Shown: positions 1 through 8,180 of the stretch, piece after piece
How positions within the stretch are numbered: position 1 is the first letter of the stretch
Layout: each line of letters starts with the position of its first letter
DNA from: an uncultured Solirubrobacteraceae bacterium
GTDB lineage: Bacteria > Actinomycetota > Thermoleophilia > Solirubrobacterales > Solirubrobacteraceae
Direction of reading: 5' to 3'
DNA length: 60,416 nucleotides
Assembly: GCA_964518445.1 (NCBI GenBank)
Contig: CAZFGJ010000001.1
Location: forward strand, 1-60,416
Translations under genes and position numbers: made by a program
Notes under the pieces: generated by a model
Told to the model about the DNA's origin: nothing
Database searches by the model: none
The model's input: the letters and a program-made list of their open reading frames with translations, nothing else

Positions 1-75
1 CCACTCGACGTGCCCGAAGTCGCCGCGTTCCCACTCGGCGTAGATCGAGCGCACGAGGTCCAGGTTCTCCGACAT
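1..75 (-). CDS. SnoaL/NTF2-like protein (5' part only; runs off the window), class B
   Basis: Reads MSENLDLVRSIYAEWERGDFGHVEW, nearly the same N-terminus as 5416..5817; follows TAG-GCG of the upstream gene. Confidence 0.85.
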   Translation of the reverse strand, partial: MSENLDLVRSIYAEWERGDFGHVEW

Positions 76-78
76 CGC

Positions 79-495
79 CTACCCCCGTTCCTGGGCAAGG
101 CGTTCGGCGGCAAGACGGGCCTCGTCGATGTCGCTGTACGTAGTCATACTCTCGACCAGGCCGTCGACGAGGACCGTGACGTACGCTAACTGTTCGAACA
201 CCTCGGACGCGCTGCCGCCCGGGCGACCTCCCTGCCGAGCCACCGTAAGAGCCACGCCGCCACCGAGATCGACGAACTCTAGAAGCTCAGTGCGGAAGCC
301 CTCGACGCTGGAAGTGAACTCTTCGTAGTAACTACGGATCGCCGTGGTGCCCTCAAGCCGCGTACCGAACCGCGTCTGCCAAACGGCATCGTGCGCAAGG
401 TGACTCATGTACGCATCGACGTCACCGCGACTCGCCGCCTCTGCCATCTGCAACGAAAGCTCCCTGAGGTCAGGGGTCGTGGACTCCTCAGACAT
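79..495 (-). CDS. SnoaL/NTF2-like (nuclear transport factor 2 family) protein, class A
   Basis: MSEESTTPDL...DAVW...G..AIR...DIDEARLAAERLAQERG; paralog of 4564..4986; start moved to ATG 495 downstream of GATACT. Confidence 0.88.
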   Translation of the reverse strand: MSEESTTPDLRELSLQMAEAASRGDVDAYMSHLAHDAVWQTRFGTRLEGTTAIRSYYEEFTSSVEGFRTELLEFVDLGGGVALTVARQGGRPGGSASEVFEQLAYVTVLVDGLVESMTTYSDIDEARLAAERLAQERG

Positions 496-582
496 CACCC
501 GGCCAGTATCCCGCGTGCCCATGACTGCCGCTTTGCGGAGCACAACGAGCGTCCGCGCTATAGCGAAGCGGACTACCGGAAT

Positions 583-690
583 GGACGAAAATCGGGCGTC
601 TGGTTGAGCGAGGACCAGACGCCTGCTTTCGATCCCGGCGAGGCAAGCAGGCGTCCCGCAGGCCCGAGTCGGGACGAGTGCTCGTCGTCC
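583..690. repeat. Palindromic intergenic element, core copy 1 (108 bp, GGACGAA...GTCGTCC); symmetry extends to about 520-750
   Basis: Four alternating GCRRGCGTC/GACGCYYGC units; aligns by eye with 3399, 4367 (inverted) and 7148. Confidence 0.8.
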
Positions 691-791
691 GAGGTACAGG
701 CGGGATGGGTGCTGCTAGGGCGCTCGCAGTCGTCGCGAAGCGAGTGTCTCCCCTTGCTCCACCCGCGTGCGATTGGTGCGAGCCTCCGCGA

Positions 792-1175
792 CTAAGAGTT
801 ACGGGGTGTCGTAGCGTCCGCGCCGCGGGTGAGCTGCCATCGACGCCACGGCCAGTAGCCGTCGATCTCCACCTCGAGAGAGAAACTGAGGGCAATTCGG
901 ATAACGACGATGATGCCAAGGACGGCGACGCTTTCGAGGGTCGGGGCAACGATGATCGTCCGGACGATGTCGGCGATGATCAGGACCTCGAGGCCCACCA
1001 GAATGCAGCGACCCAGGGTCCGGCGCAGTTCGCTGTAGGACTCACGCGCCGTCTCGGGGCGCAGAGCCCGGGATGCGAACACGAGGAACGCAGCGAGGCC
1101 GCCGAGAACCATGATCCCAGCCCCGACCGCCTCAACGACCTTGACGACTTCTGAGATCACCTGGTCGTAGCTCAT
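792..1175 (-). CDS. DUF1622 family membrane protein
   Basis: Hydrophobic 127 aa with LGR.ILVGLEVLIIADIVRT and LG.IV.IR..LSFSLEVE motifs. Confidence 0.85.
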   Translation of the reverse strand: MSYDQVISEVVKVVEAVGAGIMVLGGLAAFLVFASRALRPETARESYSELRRTLGRCILVGLEVLIIADIVRTIIVAPTLESVAVLGIIVVIRIALSFSLEVEIDGYWPWRRWQLTRGADATTPRNS

Positions 1176-1359
1176 ACCTAAATCGATGCTACCCGCGGTC
1201 TAGGACACGGCACGCCGACGCCGACTCGGTTAGGGAGTTGGGCACGACCCACCCTAGGCGTCGCGCGCCCGCGACGGAGCTCGTGACGCAGCCCGGCGCG
1301 GGCGCCCGCAATCGGGCGGATGCAGGCCTCTCGGCGAGCACCCCGCGGACGCCTGCTCT

Positions 1360-1469
1360 GGACGAATTGCGAGCGTCCCGACTGGGCTCCAGGAGACGCC
1401 TGCTTTGGTCTAGCCTGCGTCGAAAGCAGTAGTCCGCCGGGCCGGCGCCCGGGCTGCTGCTTGTCGTCC
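1360..1469. repeat. Palindromic intergenic element, core copy 2 (110 bp, opposite orientation to copy 1); symmetry extends to about 1299-1530
   Basis: Starts GGACGAATTGCGAGCGTC (reverse complement of 7240-7257), ends TTGTCGTCC; flanking units at 1317-1332 and 1497-1512 mirror about the same centre. Confidence 0.72.
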
Positions 1470-1702
1470 AACTCAGCAGCCGGGGCGGCGTCCGTCGGGA
1501 CGCTCGCGTTCGCGCGGATGCGACCGTCTCGGGCGATCGGTCCGAGGCTCCCGAGCTGGACGAATCGTGAGAGTGAAGATCGGATCGACGGGTGCTACCG
1601 CTCTCGCGTATGGGGAGCAGGAGTGAGCCGACCGGCCGCCCGTCGATCGGGGTAGGGTCTGCGCAGGGACGGCGCTCGCCGCCCCGTCACCAAGGGGAAA
1701 AC

Positions 1703-3280
1703 ATGTACGACTACGTCATCGTTGGCGCGGGCTCGGCGGGCGCGGTGCTCGCGGCGCGGCTGTCGGAGGACCCGAACGTCACCGTCGCGCTGCTTGAGGC
1801 TGGCGGCGCGGACACCGACGACGAGATCCACATTCCAGCCGCATTTGGCGCGCTCTTCAAGGGACGCCGCGACTGGGACTTCTCCACGGAGCCGGAACCG
1901 GCGCTGGGCGGCCGCCGGGCGTACCTGCCGCGGGCCAAGATGCTTGGTGGCTGCAGCTCGATGAACGCGATGGTGTACATCCGCGGGAACCGAGCGGACT
2001 TCGACGAATGGGCGACGCTGGGAGCCAAAGGCTGGTCTTACGCCGATGTCCTGCCCTACTTCAAGAGGTCGGAGGACAACGAGCGCGGTGAGGACGACTT
2101 CCACGGTGTGGGCGGGCCACTGCCGGTCCGCGAGAGCCGCGCGATGAGCCCGATCGCCGACGTGTTCGTCGAGGCCGCGGCCCAGGCCGGCCATGAGCGC
2201 AACCCGGACTTCAACGGCGCGCGCCAGGAGGGCTTTGGTCGCTACCAGACTACGCAGGAGAACGGGATGCGCGCGAGCACCTCGGCCCGCTACTTGCACC
2301 CGAACATGGGACGCCAGAATCTGACGGTCATGACCGACGCCTTGGCTCTTCGGATTCTGTTCGACGGGGATCGCGCGAGCGGCGTTGAGATCGACCACGC
2401 TGGCGCGATCGAGGAGGTCGGTGCTGCACGCGAGGTGATCCTCTCGGCGGGTGCGTACCAGTCACCGCAGCTGCTGATGCTGTCCGGGGTCGGCCCGGCC
2501 GAGGCACTTACGCTGTTCGGCATCGAGGTCCGCACCGACCTCCCGGTCGGCGAGGGTCTGCAAGACCACTGCATGACGCTAATGAACTGGAAAGCCGACC
2601 ACGAGTCCCTGATGACGGCGCTGACCCCAGAGAACGTCGAACTGCTGCAGACAGAGGGCCGCGGGCCGCTCTCCTCGAACATCGCCGAGGCTGGCGGCTT
2701 CATCCGTACTCGCCCCGGCCTCGACGCGCCGGATTGCCAGTTCCACTGCGCGCCGGTCCTGTTCCACCAGGAAGGGCTCGGCGCAGCCGTCGAGCACGGC
2801 GTCGCATTCGGCCCGGGGGTCGTCAAGCCCACGAGCCGCGGCTCGGTGACGCTCCGGACTCCGAGCCCCTACGTCAAGCCCAGGATCCAGCACAACTACC
2901 TCACCACCGACGAGGACCGTGCGACGATCCTTGCTGGCACTAAGGTCGCGCTGCAGATCGCGCAGCAGGACGCGTTCAAGCGCGTGATCACGGGCGAGTT
3001 CGAGGCACCCGACCCGGACTCCAGCGATGAAGAACTCTGGACCTATATCGAGGACCAGACGATGACGATCTATCACCCCACGTCAAGCTGCTCGATCGGC
3101 CCTGTGGTGGACTCGCAGCTGAAGGTCCACGGCCTGCGGAGTCTTCGGGTCGTCGATGCGTCTGTCATGCCTACCATCGTCCGCGGCAACACGAACGCCG
3201 CGACGATCATGATCGCCGAGAAAGCGGCCGACGTCATCAGGGAGGAAGCCACCGCGATCGCAGGCGCATCCGCGGCTTGA
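1703..3280 (+). CDS. GMC family oxidoreductase (choline dehydrogenase-like)
   Basis: YDYVIVGAGSAG FAD motif, LGGCSSMNAMVYIRG, LRVVDASVMP, GNTNA; purine-rich RBS before ATG 1703. Confidence 0.93.
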   Translation: MYDYVIVGAGSAGAVLAARLSEDPNVTVALLEAGGADTDDEIHIPAAFGALFKGRRDWDFSTEPEPALGGRRAYLPRAKMLGGCSSMNAMVYIRGNRADFDEWATLGAKGWSYADVLPYFKRSEDNERGEDDFHGVGGPLPVRESRAMSPIADVFVEAAAQAGHERNPDFNGARQEGFGRYQTTQENGMRASTSARYLHPNMGRQNLTVMTDALALRILFDGDRASGVEIDHAGAIEEVGAAREVILSAGAYQSPQLLMLSGVGPAEALTLFGIEVRTDLPVGEGLQDHCMTLMNWKADHESLMTALTPENVELLQTEGRGPLSSNIAEAGGFIRTRPGLDAPDCQFHCAPVLFHQEGLGAAVEHGVAFGPGVVKPTSRGSVTLRTPSPYVKPRIQHNYLTTDEDRATILAGTKVALQIAQQDAFKRVITGEFEAPDPDSSDEELWTYIEDQTMTIYHPTSSCSIGPVVDSQLKVHGLRSLRVVDASVMPTIVRGNTNAATIMIAEKAADVIREEATAIAGASAA

Positions 3281-3398
3281 TCGCGGATAGGGGCGAGACC
3301 GCCGTGCCGAGGCCGACGGCGCGCTACCAGAGGTCTTGGGCCTGTTGCTTGCACAGCCAAGCGAGCGTGCGGGTTCCCCGTCCCGGCGCCATCGAGTC

Positions 3399-3487
3399 GG
3401 ACGAAACCGAGGCGTCTCGTTGAGCGCGGACCAGAATCCTCCTTTCGGTTCCCGCAAGGGGGCAAAGCGAGCGTCTCGCCGACCGGG
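3399..3487. repeat. Palindromic intergenic element, copy 3 (fourth unit degenerate)
   Basis: GGACGAAACCGAGGCGTCTCGTTGAGCGCGGACCAG...AAAGCGAGCGTCTCGCCG closely matches the reverse complement of 4387-4476. Confidence 0.85.
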
Positions 3488-3528
3488 CGAAGGCGGCACT
3501 CTAGGAAGGGACGATCGGCGGCGGTCGT

Positions 3529-4260
3529 CTACGCAGCTGCGGTGATCTGCTCCACGCGCCGACCGAACACTCGCCAGCGACGCTCGTTTTCGTGAACGAG
3601 GACAGCACTCTCGGCTGACAGGTCAGCAGCGCGTGCAATCAACTCTGCTGCCGAGCTGAGATACGAGGGCGCGACGCGGTCGCCCGCGAGATCGGCACGC
3701 AGTGCGGTCGGAGCGAAGTCAACGCGCTCCAGCACCGCGACCGCGCGGCGCAAGTAGCGAGCGACGAGCAACGCCGTGGATGCGTTCTGCCAGTCGTTGC
3801 CTATGATCCGATGGCGCTCACCCAGCAGATCGGCAAGCCCGGGGTAGGCGAGCAATGCCTCGGCCACGCCCCAGGCGCTCTCCATAGCCGCCGAAAGCCA
3901 CGCTCCCATCTGCTCGCTGCTTGTGGCTGCGCCTTCCAGTTCGCTCTTGATCCGCGCGATCTCGACGGGCTCGCCTTGGCCCTCCATGAAGAGGACGCCG
4001 CCTGTCTCGATCGCGCGCTCGTCATTCAGATCGGTCGCACCAGCGAAGGGACTCGGGAGTGGCGACTCAGCTGGAGTCGAAGTGCTCCAGCGCTCCGCCA
4101 AAGCCATCAGCGTGCGCGACGCCCGCTGCAGCGAGATGGCATCGGCAAGTGGCATCTCGGAGTAGTACTTCTCATGCTCGCGGTGATACTCGGCGAGGTT
4201 GGCAACCACCGAGAGCAAGGCGTCGCTTTGGTGCTGACCTGTGCCCACCGGGCGAGTCAA
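3529..4260 (-). CDS. Hypothetical helical protein
   Basis: 243-aa ORF with protein-like composition (NLAEYHREHEKYYS, LFMEGQGEP, HENERRWR); no family recognised. Confidence 0.7.
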   Translation of the reverse strand: MTRPVGTGQHQSDALLSVVANLAEYHREHEKYYSEMPLADAISLQRASRTLMALAERWSTSTPAESPLPSPFAGATDLNDERAIETGGVLFMEGQGEPVEIARIKSELEGAATSSEQMGAWLSAAMESAWGVAEALLAYPGLADLLGERHRIIGNDWQNASTALLVARYLRRAVAVLERVDFAPTALRADLAGDRVAPSYLSSAAELIARAADLSAESAVLVHENERRWRVFGRRVEQITAAA

Positions 4261-4366
4261 CCATTCCCAGCTGCCAGCTGCATCAGTGAAAATCCACGGT
4301 CCGCCCGCGCTTTACCATAGCAGGACCACTCGACGAGCGTTGTCGAGTCGCGCAGACGACTGCAAT

Positions 4367-4476
4367 GGACAAGCAGCAGGCGTGTTGGTCCCGGCCGGCG
4401 AGACGCTCGCTTTGGTTTCGCAGGGACCGAACGCGGGAGTCTGGTCTGCGCTCAACGAGACGCCTGGGTTTCGTCC
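4367..4476. repeat. Palindromic intergenic element, core copy 4 (110 bp, inverted relative to copies 1, 3, 5)
   Basis: GGACAAGC...TTTCGTCC; its reverse complement aligns with 7148-7257 almost base for base in length and motif. Confidence 0.85.
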
Positions 4477-4563
4477 AATCCGGTCGTCCGCTTTGCTATT
4501 GCGCGGACGCTCGCTGTGTTTCGCAGAGCGGCAGTCACGGGCACGCGGGATACTGGCCGGGTG
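4477..4563 (+). promoter_or_regulatory. Conserved leader of SnoaL arrays with a putative -10 box GATACT (4549-4554), probably leaderless
   Basis: Highly similar to the reverse complement of 496-582; GGGCACGCGGGATACTGGCCGGGTGATGTCTGAGGAGTCCACGACCCCTGACCT is identical in both; GATACT is 6 nt before GTG-ATG. Confidence 0.6.
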
Positions 4564-4986
4564 ATGTCTGAGGAGTCCACGACCCCTGACCTGTTGGAGC
4601 TTTGGCAGCAAGCGAGCGACGCCGGGATGCGACGTGATTTCGAGGCGATGATGAGATTCTTTGCTGCTGACGCTGTCTGGGCTGCTCCTGCTGGGGTCGG
4701 GAGGTTCGAGGGTGCTGGAGCGATCCGCAGCCTCCAGGAAGACTGGCTGGGTGCCTTCGGGGAGTTCATGACCGAGGTGGAGGAGGCTCACGAATACGGC
4801 AGCGGAGTGACCTTCGTGGTTTGCCTCATGAACGGTGGGCTGCCGGGGTCCACGGGCAGCGTGCACGAACGACTCTGCTTCACGACCGTCTGGGTGGACG
4901 GACTGGTTACGCGCGTCGAGGTGAGCAACGGCGACATCGACGAGGCGCGTGTCGCCGCCGAACACCTCGCACGGGAACGGGCTTAG
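4564..4986 (+). CDS. SnoaL/NTF2-like protein 1 of tandem array (class A)
   Basis: MSEESTTPDL...RRDFEAMMRFFAADAVW...DIDEARVAAEHLARERA. Confidence 0.9.
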   Translation: MSEESTTPDLLELWQQASDAGMRRDFEAMMRFFAADAVWAAPAGVGRFEGAGAIRSLQEDWLGAFGEFMTEVEEAHEYGSGVTFVVCLMNGGLPGSTGSVHERLCFTTVWVDGLVTRVEVSNGDIDEARVAAEHLARERA

Positions 4987-4989
4987 GTG

Positions 4990-5412
4990 ATGGCTGAGGA
5001 GTCCACGGCCCCCGACGTGGTGGAGCTTGCGCGCCTTTCCTTCGAGCCTGTCAAGAGCCGTGACTTTGACGCGATGATGGCCTTCTGGGCTGCTGATCCT
5101 GTGTGGGACCTCTCTCCGATGGGGCTCGGGGTGTACAGCAGCACCGCAGCAGTCCGCGGGTTCTTCGAAGACTGGATCGGTTCGTACGAGCGGTTCGAGG
5201 TCGAGGTGGAGGAGTGCGTCGATGTCGACAATGGCGTCGTCTTCGGCGTGATCGTCCAGACGGCCAGCCTTGCTGGCAGCAGCAGTTACGTCACGATCCG
5301 TTACGCGTCCGTAACCGTGTGGGAAGACTCCTTGATCGTGAGCGTCACGAACTACCCCGACATCGACGAGGCGCGTGCTGCCGCCGAACGCCTCGCCGAG
5401 GAACGGGGGTAG
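4990..5412 (+). CDS. SnoaL/NTF2-like protein 2 (class A)
   Basis: MAEESTAPDV...RDFDAMMAFWAADPVWD...DIDEARAAAERLAEERG. Confidence 0.9.
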   Translation: MAEESTAPDVVELARLSFEPVKSRDFDAMMAFWAADPVWDLSPMGLGVYSSTAAVRGFFEDWIGSYERFEVEVEECVDVDNGVVFGVIVQTASLAGSSSYVTIRYASVTVWEDSLIVSVTNYPDIDEARAAAERLAEERG

Positions 5413-5415
5413 GTG

Positions 5416-5817
5416 ATGTCTGAGAATCTGGACCTCGTGCGCTCGATCTACGCGGACTGGGAACGTGGCGAGTTCGACTCGGCCGATTGGGCACACCCCG
5501 AGATCGAGTACGTGTCCGCTGACGGACCCGACCCTGGCGCCTGGACGGGCCTGGAAGAGATGGCGGAGAATTTCCGCGGGTGGCTTGGCCTCTGGGACGA
5601 GTTCCGTTTGATCGCGGACGAATATCGTCCTCTTGGGGCTGAGAGCGTGATCGTGCTCGACCACGTCACTGGCCGTGGCAAGACGAGCGGGCTGGACCTC
5701 GGGCAGATCGAGGGACGAGGAGCCTGGGTCTTCCACATCCGCGACGGCAAGGTCATGCGGATGACCCGCTACTTGGACCGCGAACGCGCTTTCGCCGACC
5801 TGGGCCTGGCGGAGTAG
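5416..5817 (+). CDS. SnoaL/NTF2-like protein 3 (class B)
   Basis: MSENLDLVRSIYADWERG...HPEIEY...GRGKTSG...IRDGKV...AFADLGLAE. Confidence 0.9.
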   Translation: MSENLDLVRSIYADWERGEFDSADWAHPEIEYVSADGPDPGAWTGLEEMAENFRGWLGLWDEFRLIADEYRPLGAESVIVLDHVTGRGKTSGLDLGQIEGRGAWVFHIRDGKVMRMTRYLDRERAFADLGLAE

Positions 5818-5820
5818 GCG

Positions 5821-6222
5821 ATGTCGCAGGAGCAGAACGTCCAGCTCGTCGAACGCCCTTTCGAAATGTTCGCAAGACGGGACCTCGACGGCTGGGTCGA
5901 TTGCTTCCATCCGTCTGTCGAGTTCTTTTTGCCCCGAAACGTGATCGAGGGAGGGAGCTATCAAGGTCTCGACGGGGTTCGGCGGGCATGGGCCGACCTG
6001 TTCGAGGCCTGGGACGACTACCGCTACGAACAGGCTGACATCCGCGCACTCGACGATCGCGTGGTGACGCTTGGCCGCGCGACGAATGTCGGAAAGGGCG
6101 GCTGTCCGAGCGTCGAATACGAGGCCGCCTACGTCGCGGATGTCGAGGACGGCAAGATCACACGGTGGCGGCCGTTCTTGAGCCACCAGGAGGCCCTCAA
6201 AGCCGTGGGGCTGGCGGAGTAG
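5821..6222 (+). CDS. SnoaL/NTF2-like protein 4 (class C)
   Basis: MSQEQNVQLV...HPSVEF...YQGLDGVR...DGKITR...EALKAVGLAE. Confidence 0.9.
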   Translation: MSQEQNVQLVERPFEMFARRDLDGWVDCFHPSVEFFLPRNVIEGGSYQGLDGVRRAWADLFEAWDDYRYEQADIRALDDRVVTLGRATNVGKGGCPSVEYEAAYVADVEDGKITRWRPFLSHQEALKAVGLAE

Positions 6223-6225
6223 GCG

Positions 6226-6621
6226 GTGTCGCAGGAGAACGTGGAGATCGTGCGCGGGGCGTGGGAAGCAGCCGAACGCCACGACAACGAGGCGGTCTTC
6301 GCCGTCTATGACGCTGACGTCGAGATCCAAGGCATTCACGAACTCGGGGATCGTGTCTATCGAGGCCTCGGAGGGGTCCGGGAGTTCTGGCGCGACTGGT
6401 CGGCCTCCTGGAGCGAGTCTGGATCGGAAGTCGAGGAGTGGATCGACGCCGGGGACAACGTGATCGCGGTCATGCACATCTGGGGACGTGGAAAGCGCAG
6501 CGGCGCCCCAGTCGAGGCGCGCCAGTCGCACGTGTGGACAGTGCGTCGCGGCAAGCTGTGGCGACTCCGGGTCTATGACACGAAGGACGAAGCCCTCAAA
6601 GCAGTGGGGCTGGCGGAGTAG
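6226..6621 (+). CDS. SnoaL/NTF2-like protein 5 (class C)
   Basis: MSQENVEIVR...IDAGDNV...GRGKRSGAPVE...EALKAVGLAE. Confidence 0.9.
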   Translation: MSQENVEIVRGAWEAAERHDNEAVFAVYDADVEIQGIHELGDRVYRGLGGVREFWRDWSASWSESGSEVEEWIDAGDNVIAVMHIWGRGKRSGAPVEARQSHVWTVRRGKLWRLRVYDTKDEALKAVGLAE

Positions 6622-6624
6622 GCG

Positions 6625-7035
6625 ATGTCGCAGGAGAACATCGAACTCCACGAACGGGCCATCGAGATGCTGAACGCCCGCGCGCTCTCGGACGAGCTGG
6701 CTGCCGAGACGCTCGCACCAGGCTTCCGCATCGAAAACGCCGCGACGGCGGTCACCGACAAGACCTACTACGGCGCAGAGGGCGTACGCGAATGGTGCCG
6801 AGACATCTTCGAGGGGTTGGGTGGGGACGCCCGCTATGAGACCGAAGAGATCCTTGCCGACTCTGAGGACTTCGTGGTAGCCAGGGTCAGGCTTGTCGGT
6901 CACGGTGCCCGCTCGGGAGCGCCTGTCGAGCTCCGCTGGGTGGCTGTCACCTGGTACGAAGACGGCAAGGCGACACGGACCGCTGGCTACCTGCGTCGGC
7001 GTGAAGCCCTCGAAGCCGTGGGGCTGGCGGAGTAG
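6625..7035 (+). CDS. SnoaL/NTF2-like protein 6 (class C)
   Basis: MSQENIEL...YYGAEGVREW...GARSGAPVE...EALEAVGLAE. Confidence 0.9.
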   Translation: MSQENIELHERAIEMLNARALSDELAAETLAPGFRIENAATAVTDKTYYGAEGVREWCRDIFEGLGGDARYETEEILADSEDFVVARVRLVGHGARSGAPVELRWVAVTWYEDGKATRTAGYLRRREALEAVGLAE

Positions 7036-7039
7036 GCGG

Positions 7040-7365
7040 CGGTCAGGTGCCGGTGTCCGGTGTAGGGCCGCGGTCGGGGAACCCGACACGCGTGCTTCCA
7101 CGGTGATGCGGGCGCCTCGCCACAACTTCCGTCCGGCTTGCGCTCCAGGACGAAACCCAAGCGTCTCCTTGAGCGCAGACCAGGCTCCTGCTTTCGGTCG
7201 CCGCGAGGCCAAAGCGAGCCTCTCGCCGGCCGGGACCGAGACGCTCGCAATTCGTCCATCTCGGCAGTCTCGGGGGCCTTGACTGTCACGCTCGCATCCG
7301 TGACGAACCGCTCGTGTGGTGCGTTCTCCGGCCTTGGTGTCGCGCCGGACACCGGCACCTGACCG
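7040..7365. repeat. 326-bp imperfect palindrome with perfect 21-bp terminal inverted repeats (MITE/REPIN-like), containing core copy 5 at 7148-7257
   Basis: CGGTCAGGTGCCGGTGTCCGG (7040-7060) is the exact reverse complement of 7345-7365; the 110-bp core has the same centre (7202.5). Confidence 0.88.
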
Positions 7366-7439
7366 ATACTCTGCAGGCCAGGTGCCTGTTGTGCCCTTTG
7401 TGTTGCTCGGATGGTGCTGCCGGAGCGTAGGCTCCGCCC

Positions 7440-7991
7440 ATGAAAACACTACGGAGGCACCTCAACTACGCAAACGTCGTCGCGACGCTCGCGCTCCTAT
7501 TCGCGATGAGTGGCGGTGCATTGGCTGCGAAGCACTACCTGATCAACTCGACCAAGGACATCAAGCCCAGTGTCTTGAAGAAGCTCCAAGGCAGAGTCGG
7601 CAAAACCGGGAACCCCGGAGCGCCTGGAGCGGCCGGAGCGTCGGGCGCCCAGGGACCCACCGGACCGGCTGGCAGTGCGCTGGCCTACGGTCATGTCACG
7701 GCATCGGCGACCCTCGACACCGCGAACAGCAGCGGCTTGGTGGACGTAAAAACGGGCTTCTCCGTCGGCGTATATTGCCTGTACGGTCGCTTCTCGCCCC
7801 ACGTCGCGACGGCGACGAGCGACTCCGAAGAAACGAAAGCAGACGAAGTCGTGAAAGAAGTTGGTATCGGTGCAACGGCCGTCAAAGGGTGCCCGAGCAG
7901 TTCGACAGGCGCGCCTGCGGTGGCGATCGCATACGTCCGAAACTTCGAATCCAAACTCACCGACGGCGGGTTCTACATCACGTTCAACTGA
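7440..7991 (+). CDS. Secreted protein with short collagen-like G-X-Y stretch
   Basis: Signal peptide RRHLNYANVVATLALLFAMSGGALAA; GKTGNPGAPGAAGASGAQGPTGPAG; TAGGCT 6 nt before ATG. Confidence 0.82.
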   Translation: MKTLRRHLNYANVVATLALLFAMSGGALAAKHYLINSTKDIKPSVLKKLQGRVGKTGNPGAPGAAGASGAQGPTGPAGSALAYGHVTASATLDTANSSGLVDVKTGFSVGVYCLYGRFSPHVATATSDSEETKADEVVKEVGIGATAVKGCPSSSTGAPAVAIAYVRNFESKLTDGGFYITFN

Positions 7992-8180
7992 TCGGCATCT
8001 CAGAAGCGCCTCCTCTCGGAGCCGGCGATGATGGAGCGCCTCATCGAGAACATCGGTGAGGCCCGGAGCGACACGGAGCGGCTCGAGGCCGAATAGAGCC
8101 TCTGCCGCATGAGCGCAGTCGACTACGCGCACGCGCAGGTGTGCCGCCGGATCATCGAGCAGATCGCAGGTCCATGAAGA

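Larger units (their letters stand above)
6193..7038 (+). repeat. 33-bp direct repeats at SnoaL gene ends (6193-6225, 6592-6624, 7006-7038)
   Basis: GCCCTCAAAGCCGTGGGGCTGGCGGAGTAGGCG; second and third copies each differ by one base; the last 15 nt also recur at 5806-5820. Confidence 0.9.

Noticed and set aside
6193-7038. 33-bp direct repeats as a CRISPR array
   Set aside because: Spacing is about 400 bp of coding sequence, the repeats encode protein ends and no cas genes are seen
583-7257. Repeats as classical integron attC sites
   Set aside because: No RYYYAAC/GTTRRRY ends, orientations alternate, cargo is on both strands and no intI is present
4312-7449. 1045-aa antisense ORF spanning the SnoaL array
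   Set aside because: It is codon-aligned with the array frame. Antisense stops need TTA/CTA/TCA sense codons, which are rare at high GC, so it is a shadow of the single-frame array; no protein motifs
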